Shown here in pieces: positions 46,770 to 54,619 of a stretch of 64,000 nt of DNA (positions are counted from its first letter, which is position 1; each line of letters opens with the position of its first letter). The position numbers and the translations under genes are program-made. The notes beneath the pieces are model-generated. The model did not search any database. It worked only from the letters and a program-made list of their open reading frames with translations, and was not told the DNA's origin. The stretch comes from a virus, in the IMG/VR virus record IMGVR_UViG_3300018080_000116, positions 32,001 through 96,000 of that record; one strand, written 5' to 3'.

Positions 46770-47504
46770 ATGTTGCGAAGCGTCGAGAAGCCCAATTCCC
46801 CCGTCCTGTCCGACCCCTTGTTCATCATGGCCATCGTGCCGATCCTCGCCGCCTTCCGCCGCATGGGCGAGCGGATCGCCGATCTGGTGGCCGTCGAAGA
46901 TGACAACCTCGAACCCGTGTTCGACAAGCGGATCGAGCAAAACAACCTGGGCGTGGTCGTCGATGGCCTGTCGCCCGTGGTGATCGAGACCGCCCGCTAT
47001 TCGATGCGAGTCGGCGGCAAGCTGGTTGTCAGTGCCGAAGCCAAGTCCCTGCTGGTCGATGGCGAGTTGTACGACTTCGACATGACTTGTGCGTGGCATC
47101 CCCAGGTCGAAGTCGAAATGCAGGCCCTCTTGAAGCGCCTGAACGTCCCGATCCTCTTGTTGATGGCAGGTCTCGGCTACAACCTGCGGCCCCGCCACGA
47201 GGTCATTCCCGGCCTGCTGGTGATCCACCTGGGCCAGAAGAAGGTCGAGCCCAATTCCGCCGCACAGGCCCCCTTCCGGCCCGCTGAGGCCGCTTCCGAT
47301 GGCCCGAGCGTCATGTACCCCGGCCACCACAACGAGGGCTACCAGCCCGCCCAGGAGCCCGTGCGTTGCTCCTGCCAGGACGACAACCCCTCGTGGGACG
47401 GCCCGAGCAACTGTGCCGGTTGCGAGAACTTCGCCATCTGCCACCCGGCAGCCGCCGCCGAGGCCAACGTGTTCGTGGGAGAGCCGCTTCGCAAGGCCGC
47501 ATGA
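46770..47504 (+). CDS. hypothetical protein ending in -RKAA
   Basis: SD ACGGAG; Cys cluster near C-terminus. Confidence 0.85.
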   Translation: MLRSVEKPNSPVLSDPLFIMAIVPILAAFRRMGERIADLVAVEDDNLEPVFDKRIEQNNLGVVVDGLSPVVIETARYSMRVGGKLVVSAEAKSLLVDGELYDFDMTCAWHPQVEVEMQALLKRLNVPILLLMAGLGYNLRPRHEVIPGLLVIHLGQKKVEPNSAAQAPFRPAEAASDGPSVMYPGHHNEGYQPAQEPVRCSCQDDNPSWDGPSNCAGCENFAICHPAAAAEANVFVGEPLRKAA

Positions 47505-47516
47505 TCCGGCCCGGCT

Positions 47517-47550
47517 TGCCTGCCGCCGCCCGGCGCAGCGGCGGCAGGCA
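47517..47550 (+). terminator. hairpin
   Basis: 13-bp stem TGCCTGCCGCCGC/GCGGCGGCAGGCA. Confidence 0.6.
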
Positions 47551-47571
47551 GCCATTTATTTTAGAATTAGA

Positions 47572-47601
47572 CCGAACCTTTGCCCGCCATCTGTGTATAA
47601 G
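47572..47601 (+). promoter_or_regulatory. class I promoter element
   Basis: CCGAACC-N14-GTGTATAAG. Confidence 0.8.
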
Positions 47602-47643
47602 AGGGCGAACAAAGTTTCTGTCCCCAACCTTACGGAGAACCTC

Positions 47644-48420
47644 ATGTCCAACGCACCCATCCAGTACGTGACCGAGAACGAGTTGATCGGCATTTTGACC
47701 CGGATCAACACCGCCCAACCCTTCGGCGTGGTCGCCCTGACCATGCCCTCGTGCTTCTCGACTCGCAGGGGCGGCAGCCGCAAGAAAACGGAGCCGCTCT
47801 GCCCGCCCGTGATGAAGCGGCAGCGTGTCAGCGGCATCAGCAACTTCGATTACCTGCGCAGCCGCAACAACGACAACGCCCGTGAGTGGTCCCGGCAGGT
47901 CGAAGCGCTGAAGGCCGAGGGCAAGACCAAAGAGGCGGCAGACCTGGAACAGCAGGGGCCGGAACAGCACGAGTTGGGCAGCCGCAGCGACGACCGTGAG
48001 CGGATCGAGGGCACCGTCCTGGTCCGCCGCCCGTCCACCGGCCACGTCTACCTGCAAATGATGATCCCGACCGGCCATCACCCCTCGTGGCCCAAGGGTC
48101 GCCACGAAACGAGCTACTGTTACCTGCCCGATCATCGTGGCCTGCTGCTGGAAAGCTACGCCAAGGGCAAGCCGAGCAAGGCCCATGCCGAGGCGTACCC
48201 CGAGCACGTGTTGGCAGCCATACCCGCCGTCGAGTACAGCCTGGAAGGCGATGGCGATGAAAGCCTCGCCGACTGGCTCAAGCCGTACAAGCGGCGAGAC
48301 GACGAGCCGCACGACTTCGACTACCGTGAGTACCGCTTCGATCATATCCTCGAAGTGCGTGCCGAGGGCATCCGCTACATCGTCCGCCGTGGCGAGGAAG
48401 CCCAGGCGAAGACCGCATAA
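47644..48420 (+). CDS. hypothetical protein
   Basis: SD ACGGAG; 258 aa. Confidence 0.85.
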   Translation: MSNAPIQYVTENELIGILTRINTAQPFGVVALTMPSCFSTRRGGSRKKTEPLCPPVMKRQRVSGISNFDYLRSRNNDNAREWSRQVEALKAEGKTKEAADLEQQGPEQHELGSRSDDRERIEGTVLVRRPSTGHVYLQMMIPTGHHPSWPKGRHETSYCYLPDHRGLLLESYAKGKPSKAHAEAYPEHVLAAIPAVEYSLEGDGDESLADWLKPYKRRDDEPHDFDYREYRFDHILEVRAEGIRYIVRRGEEAQAKTA

Positions 48421-48434
48421 CGGTTTGGGGACCG

Positions 48435-48476
48435 GCCCGGCTGCGTGATAAGGAGCGCAGCCGGGCACTCTTTTTT
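48435..48476 (+). terminator. intrinsic terminator
   Basis: GCCCGGCTGCG/CGCAGCCGGGC plus T6. Confidence 0.75.
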
Positions 48477-48511
48477 GCACCGCAAGTTCGCATGTATAAC
48501 AGGACACGACC

Positions 48512-48754
48512 ATGCTGAAATCAAGCGACCCCAACAACACCGAAGACCTTGTTTCGATCTTCAACGAGTGGGCCGAAAACACGTTTGTGTGGCCCGCTGG
48601 CCACGAGCCCCAAATGACATCGTTTTTTGAGCACGGCCAGTGGTGGGTGCAAGACATCAACAGCGATGCCACCTGGAGCGTCGTAGATGCGGAAGGTGGC
48701 GATGCCGTCGCCGGTTACAGTTTCGAGCAGATCACCGATGGGGAACTGGCATGA
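48512..48754 (+). CDS. small acidic protein
   Basis: FEHGQWWV...WSVVDAEG; preceded by variant box GCATGTATAAC. Confidence 0.8.
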   Translation: MLKSSDPNNTEDLVSIFNEWAENTFVWPAGHEPQMTSFFEHGQWWVQDINSDATWSVVDAEGGDAVAGYSFEQITDGELA

Positions 48755-49014
48755 CACTGGACCCCACCGACGAACGCCGAGCCGAACACGGCCACCTAAC
48801 ACCAGCCCAACATGAAGCCCTGATGGAAGCCTGTGTGCAGGTGTATATGGCGGCGGATGGCATCGAGACCGTCCCCGAGTATGCCGCCCGAGCCGCCCTG
48901 GCAGGCGAAGGGCCAGACACGCTCGCCGCCATGCTGCCCGACGACACCGATCACTGCCGCCGCCTGGGCGTCAACTTCGATCCCGAAACCGGAGAGGAAT
49001 GGCCCGATGAATAA
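48751..49014 (+). CDS. small hypothetical protein
   Basis: ATGA overlap. Confidence 0.75.
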   Translation: MTLDPTDERRAEHGHLTPAQHEALMEACVQVYMAADGIETVPEYAARAALAGEGPDTLAAMLPDDTDHCRRLGVNFDPETGEEWPDE

Positions 49015-49357
49015 CGTAGACAGCAGCCACGTGCAGATCACCGTCACCTGCGAGCGCTGCGGCCACACCTGGGACGTTGAAGACTATGATGCCCTGAGTG
49101 TGCAGGCCGCTGAGCAGGCCGCAAGGGAAGCCGAGTGCCAGAACTGCAACGCCACGTCCCGGCAGGTGAGGTTCTACAACATCAAGTGGGACACCACCGA
49201 CGACGATCACCCGGACGGCCAGGACGTGGATCTGCCCGACGACGTGACCCTCGAAGTCGATGGCGACGTGGACCTGGACACCGAGGGTGCCGACGTGCTC
49301 AGCGACAAATACGGCTGGTGCGTGTTCAGCTTCGACTATGAAGAGACCGAACCTTAG
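49007..49357 (+). CDS. Zn-ribbon/acidic protein
   Basis: CERC..CQNC; final TEP* encoded by the next promoter. Confidence 0.8.
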   Translation: MNNVDSSHVQITVTCERCGHTWDVEDYDALSVQAAEQAAREAECQNCNATSRQVRFYNIKWDTTDDDHPDGQDVDLPDDVTLEVDGDVDLDTEGADVLSDKYGWCVFSFDYEETEP

Positions 49358-49377
49358 CGCCCCTTCGTGTGTATAAG
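49347..49377 (+). promoter_or_regulatory. class I promoter element
   Basis: CCGAACC-N15-GTGTATAAG. Confidence 0.8.
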
Positions 49378-49396
49378 GGTGCGAAAGGAAACCACC

Positions 49397-49762
49397 ATGC
49401 AAGAGATCAGCGCCTTTGCCATTCTGATCGCCAGCGACGGCGAGCCCATTCGAGTCCACCCCCAGATGGCCGGTGTGAAAACCGGCTTCGCCCGGATCGG
49501 CAACCCCTACTTCGACGGCGATCCCGATTGGCGACTCAAGGACGGCAACACCGTCATCGAGTGCCAACCCAGCGACTCCAGGGCGATCCCCGTGGCCGAT
49601 GCCTACCAGAAACTACGAGCAGCCTGGGAGGCGGAAGCGGCTGAACTCCAGGCCGAGGAAGAGGCGTGGGAACGTGAGTGGGCCGAGCGCAACGAACAAC
49701 GCAGGTGGGACGAAACCATCGGCCACCTGTACCTCATCCAAGATCGTTTAATGGGAATCTAA
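49397..49762 (+). CDS. hypothetical protein
   Basis: TAA directly abuts CCGAACC. Confidence 0.8.
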   Translation: MQEISAFAILIASDGEPIRVHPQMAGVKTGFARIGNPYFDGDPDWRLKDGNTVIECQPSDSRAIPVADAYQKLRAAWEAEAAELQAEEEAWEREWAERNEQRRWDETIGHLYLIQDRLMGI

Positions 49763-49792
49763 CCGAACCTTTTGCGGCGAACTGTGTATAAG
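49763..49792 (+). promoter_or_regulatory. class I promoter element
   Basis: CCGAACC-N14-GTGTATAAG. Confidence 0.8.
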
Positions 49793-49932
49793 AGTGCGAA
49801 AGGACGCCACCATGCTTTACTCAGTCCCCTACCGACGAACGGACGGCAGCCTCGACAGCTATTTTCTGTTCACCAACAGACAGCCCCCGGAAGGGGCCAG
49901 CCCCGTTCTGATCCCCAACAAGGAACCCAAAC

Positions 49933-50358
49933 ATGAGCCAGCCGACTTATCGAAGGCTGCCTGACGGCAGCGTGACCGTGGATGCACCCGGCACCTGCGG
50001 CAAGCCGTTCGCCAACGTCCTGCGGATCGTCGAAGACGACAACGCCAACCCCGGCATCAAGATCACCACGTCCAGCGGCATCGTGGGTAGCAACCTGCTG
50101 CGGCAGGTGCTCGCCGACCTGGAGTCTGGCGATTACCTGCTCAAGATGACCGAGGGCGGACCCGAGCCCCCTCGCCCCTCGATCACCGTCCGGTGGGGCA
50201 GCGAGAGCACCCGCAAAGACAACCCCGACCTGGAAGACGGCGACAAGTTCGAGTTCGACACCGAGGCCGAGGTCAACGCCTTCACCGAAGCACTCGCCGC
50301 CGCCGATGGATGGGCCGAGTGGGAGATCATCGAACCGGAGGACGAGACCACCAACTGA
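49933..50358 (+). CDS. acidic hypothetical protein
   Basis: 141 aa; SD AAGGA. Confidence 0.8.
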   Translation: MSQPTYRRLPDGSVTVDAPGTCGKPFANVLRIVEDDNANPGIKITTSSGIVGSNLLRQVLADLESGDYLLKMTEGGPEPPRPSITVRWGSESTRKDNPDLEDGDKFEFDTEAEVNAFTEALAAADGWAEWEIIEPEDETTN

Positions 50359-50485
50359 ACACCACCACCGCAGCCCGGTGGCACCTAACCAAAGCCCGCA
50401 CCCAAGGGTGTGCGTGAGCAGGGGGTGAGGCCGAACACATAAAGCCTCATGGGCCTGCAACCAGTACAACCTCTTTTCTCCTGAG

Positions 50486-50517
50486 CGCCCACCGGCCCGA
50501 GGCCGGTGGGCGTTTTT
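50486..50517 (+). terminator. intrinsic terminator
   Basis: CGCCCACCGGCC/GGCCGGTGGGCG plus T5. Confidence 0.75.
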
Positions 50518-50531
50518 ATTTTCAAATTACA

Positions 50532-50562
50532 CCGAACCCCAGGCAGGCGAGCCGTGTATAAG
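50532..50562 (+). promoter_or_regulatory. class I promoter element
   Basis: CCGAACC-N15-GTGTATAAG. Confidence 0.8.
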
Positions 50563-50582
50563 GGGGCGAAAGGAACAATGCC

Positions 50583-51056
50583 ATGACCAAGCAACTGACC
50601 CTCATCGACAACGACTTCACCATCGACAAGCGGTTCGTGCTTGGTGGCAAGGCCGTCTTCACGGTCTCGAACAACAAGGGTCAGCACTACACCTACTTGG
50701 TGCAGCACAAGCCCGCCGACGACAAGTACCCCGAGGCGTACTTCGTCCGGTTGCTGACCGGCCCGGACAACATGGGCGATTACACGTACCTGGGCAAGCT
50801 CGACCAGCGTACCGGTTTCATGCAGTTGTCCCCCAAGAGCAAGATGAACGCCGACTCCCTGCCGGTCAAGGTCGTCCGCTGGGCATTGGCAAGGGTTATC
50901 TGGCCCGAGGCCCAGGTGCCCGAGGGCTACGGCATCCACGGCGAGGGTCGCTGCGGTCGCTGTGGTCACCCTCTCACTCACCCCGATGGGGTCAGCCCCG
51001 AGGGTCACCGGTTCGGATTCGGCCCGACCTGCTGGGCCAAACTCGTTGGAGGCTAA
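50583..51056 (+). CDS. DUF6011-domain protein
   Basis: C-terminal CGRCGHPLTHP......GFGPTCWAK. Confidence 0.7.
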   Translation: MTKQLTLIDNDFTIDKRFVLGGKAVFTVSNNKGQHYTYLVQHKPADDKYPEAYFVRLLTGPDNMGDYTYLGKLDQRTGFMQLSPKSKMNADSLPVKVVRWALARVIWPEAQVPEGYGIHGEGRCGRCGHPLTHPDGVSPEGHRFGFGPTCWAKLVGG

Positions 51057-51057
51057 G

Positions 51058-51106
51058 AGATCAATCCCAGCGATATATCCCACCGATGTATCCTGGGGAA
51101 GTATCC
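51058..51106. repeat. four NGANNNATCC boxes with exact 13-bp period
   Basis: AGATCAATCC 51058, CGATATATCC 51071, CGATGTATCC 51084, GGAAGTATCC 51097. Confidence 0.75.
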
Positions 51107-51139
51107 TGCGTTCTGTCCCTTAAACCTACGGAGATCATC

Positions 51140-51481
51140 ATGCAGTTTGTCGCCCACCCGCCCCGTCGCCTGCGTTCCCACCTGCGGCGTCTCGCCCAGG
51201 CCCAGGCCCTCCCGCTGCTGCTGGTTGGCCCGAAGCACACCGGCATCCGCCACGGCTACTGGTACGCCACGATCTACAACGGCCTGCTCGTGGCCATCAC
51301 CAAGAAGCCGGTCGCCACCAGGGACGAGGGGCGTGGCCCCGAGGCCCTGCACCGGTTCGGTCGCAAGGCCAGCGAGTACCGTGTGCGGAGCGGCAGCTAC
51401 GTGCAGGCCCAGGTCATCGAGGGCGGCAAGAAGGTCGCCCCCAAGTGGGACGCCCGCACCGGTCGCCGGATCGCCGCCTAG
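51140..51481 (+). CDS. basic protein ending in -RIAA
   Basis: SD ACGGAG. Confidence 0.8.
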   Translation: MQFVAHPPRRLRSHLRRLAQAQALPLLLVGPKHTGIRHGYWYATIYNGLLVAITKKPVATRDEGRGPEALHRFGRKASEYRVRSGSYVQAQVIEGGKKVAPKWDARTGRRIAA

Positions 51482-51530
51482 AATCGTCTGTGCGGCCCGC
51501 TGAGGTACTTTCACCCCCGGAGGCAACACC

Positions 51531-51731
51531 ATGCTCACCATCGACGAGAACGACGCCAGGAACGACGTGGAAGGCCAGGACGCCGAGATCAACGACCCCT
51601 GCGGCATGTGCGGTGGCCAGCTTGAGCCCCTCGGCCAACTGGCCTGCCTGCTGCACCTACGTTGCCGCAACTGCGGCATGATGTTCAACCGGCCCGTGGC
51701 CGGATGCGGCGACGGTGGCCGCATGTTCTAG
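51531..51731 (+). CDS. small Zn-ribbon protein
   Basis: CGMCGG..CRNCG; SD GGAGG. Confidence 0.8.
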   Translation: MLTIDENDARNDVEGQDAEINDPCGMCGGQLEPLGQLACLLHLRCRNCGMMFNRPVAGCGDGGRMF

Positions 51732-51739
51732 TGATCCCC

Positions 51740-51769
51740 AGACCCACCGGGCAGCCGCCCGGTGGGTCT
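51740..51769 (+). terminator. hairpin
   Basis: AGACCCACCGGGC-agcc-GCCCGGTGGGTCT. Confidence 0.65.
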
Positions 51770-51922
51770 CTCTTTTGGAGCGTACCATGTTAGGTCTCAA
51801 CGGCGAGGTCATCAGAGCCATGCAGCGACTCGGCATCGAGCCCCCGTCGCTACCGATGCGACCCTCGCCTCCCCTCGTCCCGGCTGATCGCCAGGACGAC
51901 AGCACCACCAACGGAGAAAACG

Positions 51923-52735
51923 ATGAAGGCGTTAATTGAAGTCGATCTTGCCGGTTGCGAAGGCATCCACCGGCAGCAGGCGCTCGACGTGCTCGCCGCC
52001 GTAGTGGACGGCAGCACCATGAGCGAGGCCCTTAGCACCGGCCTGTTCAACAGCAGCCTGTTCGAGTTGAGCAGGTTGGCCAAGCCTCAGTATGAGGGCG
52101 GCAACTGCCCGGACTGCGGCGAGCCGATCCCCGACGATGCGACGTTCGGCGACGGCTGCGAGAACTGCGAACACGTCTTCGTATGGGGGCACGATGAAGG
52201 CGACGAGCCCGAGGCCCCCGGCGTCAACTCATTGCGAGTGGTCGGCCTGGATGAAGGCATGAGGGTCGCCGTCCCGCACCTGACGGTCTACGTCGATCCC
52301 GAGCGAGTCGGCACCCCGTTCATGGTGGACGAGGATGGCCCGGACGACGAGCACGGCAGGCGATGCCCTGGCAGCAGTGGCAACCGCTACGCCTCGGCAG
52401 AGGCAGCAGGCCAGTACGTGGCCCGCTGGTTGAGCGATCCCCATGACGACCGTGGGTTACACCCTCTCGGCACTCGGAGTGGCACCCACGTGTCGGTGGT
52501 GGATGGTGGCACCGAGGTACGCCCCTGCATCGTGGACGTGGACAACAACACCGTCACCTTCCTCGACCCCAGCGACACGCATGGGCTCAAGGCGGCAAGG
52601 CCCGACAGTGAGTACCTGCTGATCCACAACGACCCCTTCTACTCCAACTGCCACCAACACCCTGTTGCCCACGTCAGCAGGAAGCCCGAGGACTGGCCCA
52701 CTGCCGAGACCGAGGACACGTACTACTACGAGTAG
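51923..52735 (+). CDS. acidic protein with internal Zn ribbon
   Basis: CPDCG..GCENC; SD ACGGAG. Confidence 0.85.
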   Translation: MKALIEVDLAGCEGIHRQQALDVLAAVVDGSTMSEALSTGLFNSSLFELSRLAKPQYEGGNCPDCGEPIPDDATFGDGCENCEHVFVWGHDEGDEPEAPGVNSLRVVGLDEGMRVAVPHLTVYVDPERVGTPFMVDEDGPDDEHGRRCPGSSGNRYASAEAAGQYVARWLSDPHDDRGLHPLGTRSGTHVSVVDGGTEVRPCIVDVDNNTVTFLDPSDTHGLKAARPDSEYLLIHNDPFYSNCHQHPVAHVSRKPEDWPTAETEDTYYYE

Positions 52736-52741
52736 ATCATA

Positions 52742-52772
52742 GCGAGCACCAGGGCATCACCCTGGTGCTCGC
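52742..52772. terminator. hairpin
   Basis: GCGAGCACCAGGG-catca-CCCTGGTGCTCGC. Confidence 0.65.
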
Positions 52773-52774
52773 AC

Positions 52775-52829
52775 TGCACCACACCACACGTGCCATGCAC
52801 CACACCACACGTACCGTGTGGTGTGGTGC
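52775..52829. repeat. 17-bp direct repeat x2 plus inverted copy
   Basis: TGCACCACACCACACGT at 52775 and 52796; CGTGTGGTGTGGTGC at 52815. Confidence 0.85.
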
Positions 52830-53134
52830 TCACTATCTTTTGTGCAACTCGTGAGGATTTGCCAATGAGGTAGCTAGGGATTTGTCATGTGTTGCTGTGG
52901 ATTTATAGCAGCACACGATCACCGCATCACCACCACGCTGCTGCCCGCAGTGCTCGCACCATGAGTGCGGATGTATAAGCAGGACCATGCGCCCCTGGTG
53001 CTACGCACCAGGGGCGCAGCCTGGGCCAGCACCGCCTCTATACAACTGCCCTCGTTGCATAATTTCTAATGCAAAAATTATTTTCAATTTCCTTTGGCGC
53101 TGGTCCCATACCCCCACCCCCTTGACAGGCTTTT

Positions 53135-53184
53135 GGGACTCCTTTTCTTTTTTCAACGGGACTCCTAAAAAATCTGGGACTCCT
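53135..53184. repeat. three GGGACTCCT direct repeats
   Basis: at 53135, 53158 and 53176, separated by T/A tracts. Confidence 0.8.
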
Positions 53185-53194
53185 AAATATTTCC

Positions 53195-53740
53195 ATGGCC
53201 GTATATTTGCGAAATTGCGTTTTCATTCATGTTCCCAAGACTGGAGGAACATGGGCAGGACAAGTTCTGAAGGAGTTGGGATTGGTCATTCACGGTCGTT
53301 GTGGCAATCATGATTCTCCTGTGCTTCACAAGCCGGGATTTGCTTTTGTTCGTCATCCTGAGGGTTGGGCATCATCTTGGTGGTGTCATCGTCGAAGGCA
53401 CAATTGGGAATGGCGAGACAGGAGATTGGAAAACGCCTGCAAATCGAAAGACTTCAGGGGTTGGGTCAAGAACATCATTCAGCATCCTGGCATTTTGAAA
53501 TCTAGTCTGGAGGACTTCATTGGGTGCTACTCTGACGATCTCCAATTGGGCCGAACAGAAACGATAAGGAGAGATCTGATTGATTTCCTTTCGCAGTTCG
53601 GCGAGAAGTTTGATGCCGATTTCATTCGCAAAAAGCCGAGAGTCCATGTGAGCAAAGGTTGCCCCACGATTCCCGATGATTTACTGGAAGACTTTCGTGC
53701 CAGTCAGTACGACTATTACGAGAAGTATGGTTACCTGTAA
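53195..53740 (+). CDS. sulfotransferase-family protein
   Basis: 5'-PSB-like FIHVPKTGGT; FVRHP..W..SWW. Confidence 0.75.
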   Translation: MAVYLRNCVFIHVPKTGGTWAGQVLKELGLVIHGRCGNHDSPVLHKPGFAFVRHPEGWASSWWCHRRRHNWEWRDRRLENACKSKDFRGWVKNIIQHPGILKSSLEDFIGCYSDDLQLGRTETIRRDLIDFLSQFGEKFDADFIRKKPRVHVSKGCPTIPDDLLEDFRASQYDYYEKYGYL

Positions 53741-53744
53741 AAAT

Positions 53745-53774
53745 GGCCCGCTCGGGCGTGAGCCTGGGCGGGCC
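53745..53774 (+). terminator. GNRA-capped hairpin after sulfotransferase
   Basis: GGCCCGCTCGGGC-gtga-GCCTGGGCGGGCC. Confidence 0.55.
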
Positions 53775-53993
53775 GGTGTCGAACGTCGAAGGTCTTGTCT
53801 GGCTGATCCTGTCCGACAACTATCTGGGTGACGAACTCGGGCGAGAATCCAGAATATTTCGGGTTGGGTTATTGGCGGGTAATTGGTGGGGAAATTGTGG
53901 GGGAATAGCGAATTTGCGCAGATCCGTCTCAGATCTGAGACAATTTATAAATCGACGAGAACTCTACGTGCGCCAAAAGGCGCTTGGGGGCCA

Positions 53994-54619
53994 CAAGTCC
54001 TTGGCAGTCCTAGAGTTATTACTTTTCGAACGTTCTGCAACGTTCCGGAACGTTGGGAACCCTGGGAACTCGATTTAGGTAAGTCGTTATCAGCGATGGA
54101 CTTACGCTAACTCAAATTTGAGCTTCTATAGATTATCTAATCTTGTTGGCGATCAATTAGATTTTTCTCGACGCAAGTCCTTATCACGCAGCAACTTGAG
54201 AAAAAATTCAGAAAATTTAGCGAATCACATGAAAACCTTCCGGGTTTTCACCGTACTATCAGTACGGGCGACTTCTTGATTTAGATGGCCCTCGGCGTGT
54301 TCAAGGCGGGTGAAGCGGGCCCTTTTCAATTAGATAAGTCCTTTGCTGCCAATGGTTTCCGTATTAGATCTACGCAAATCGAAGGGTTCCCGAGGGCCTG
54401 ATTTGTCGTAACTTAGGCAATCTGGATATGGCTAGGCAGGCGAAATCGCCGAAACTATTGCTCGTGCGAATGCACATGTGCATCATTTTCACCAATTTGG
54501 AGTGTCAGCAAGACCTGCCGGTCGGAATCAGACCGGAACTGGTTCGGAACTGGTACGGAAAATGTGGCATGATTGCGAATTCGTTTAGTTTATGATGGCC
54601 CTTTCGTACCAAGGACTTA
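53994..54619. repeat. TAAGTC-N13-GACTTA imperfect palindrome family
   Basis: 53994-54018, 54080-54104, 54174-54198; degenerate 54335-54359; half site 54614. Confidence 0.7.

Noticed and set aside
3004-50562. Class I repeats as a CRISPR array
   Set aside because: Copies are separated by 0.4-17 kb of genes, have a variable core and are not regularly spaced; no cas genes
38438-50562. Canonical integron attC cassette array
   Set aside because: No RYYYAAC/GTTRRRY inverted ends and no integrase in the window; the repeats look like promoters. Recombination is kept only as a hypothesis.
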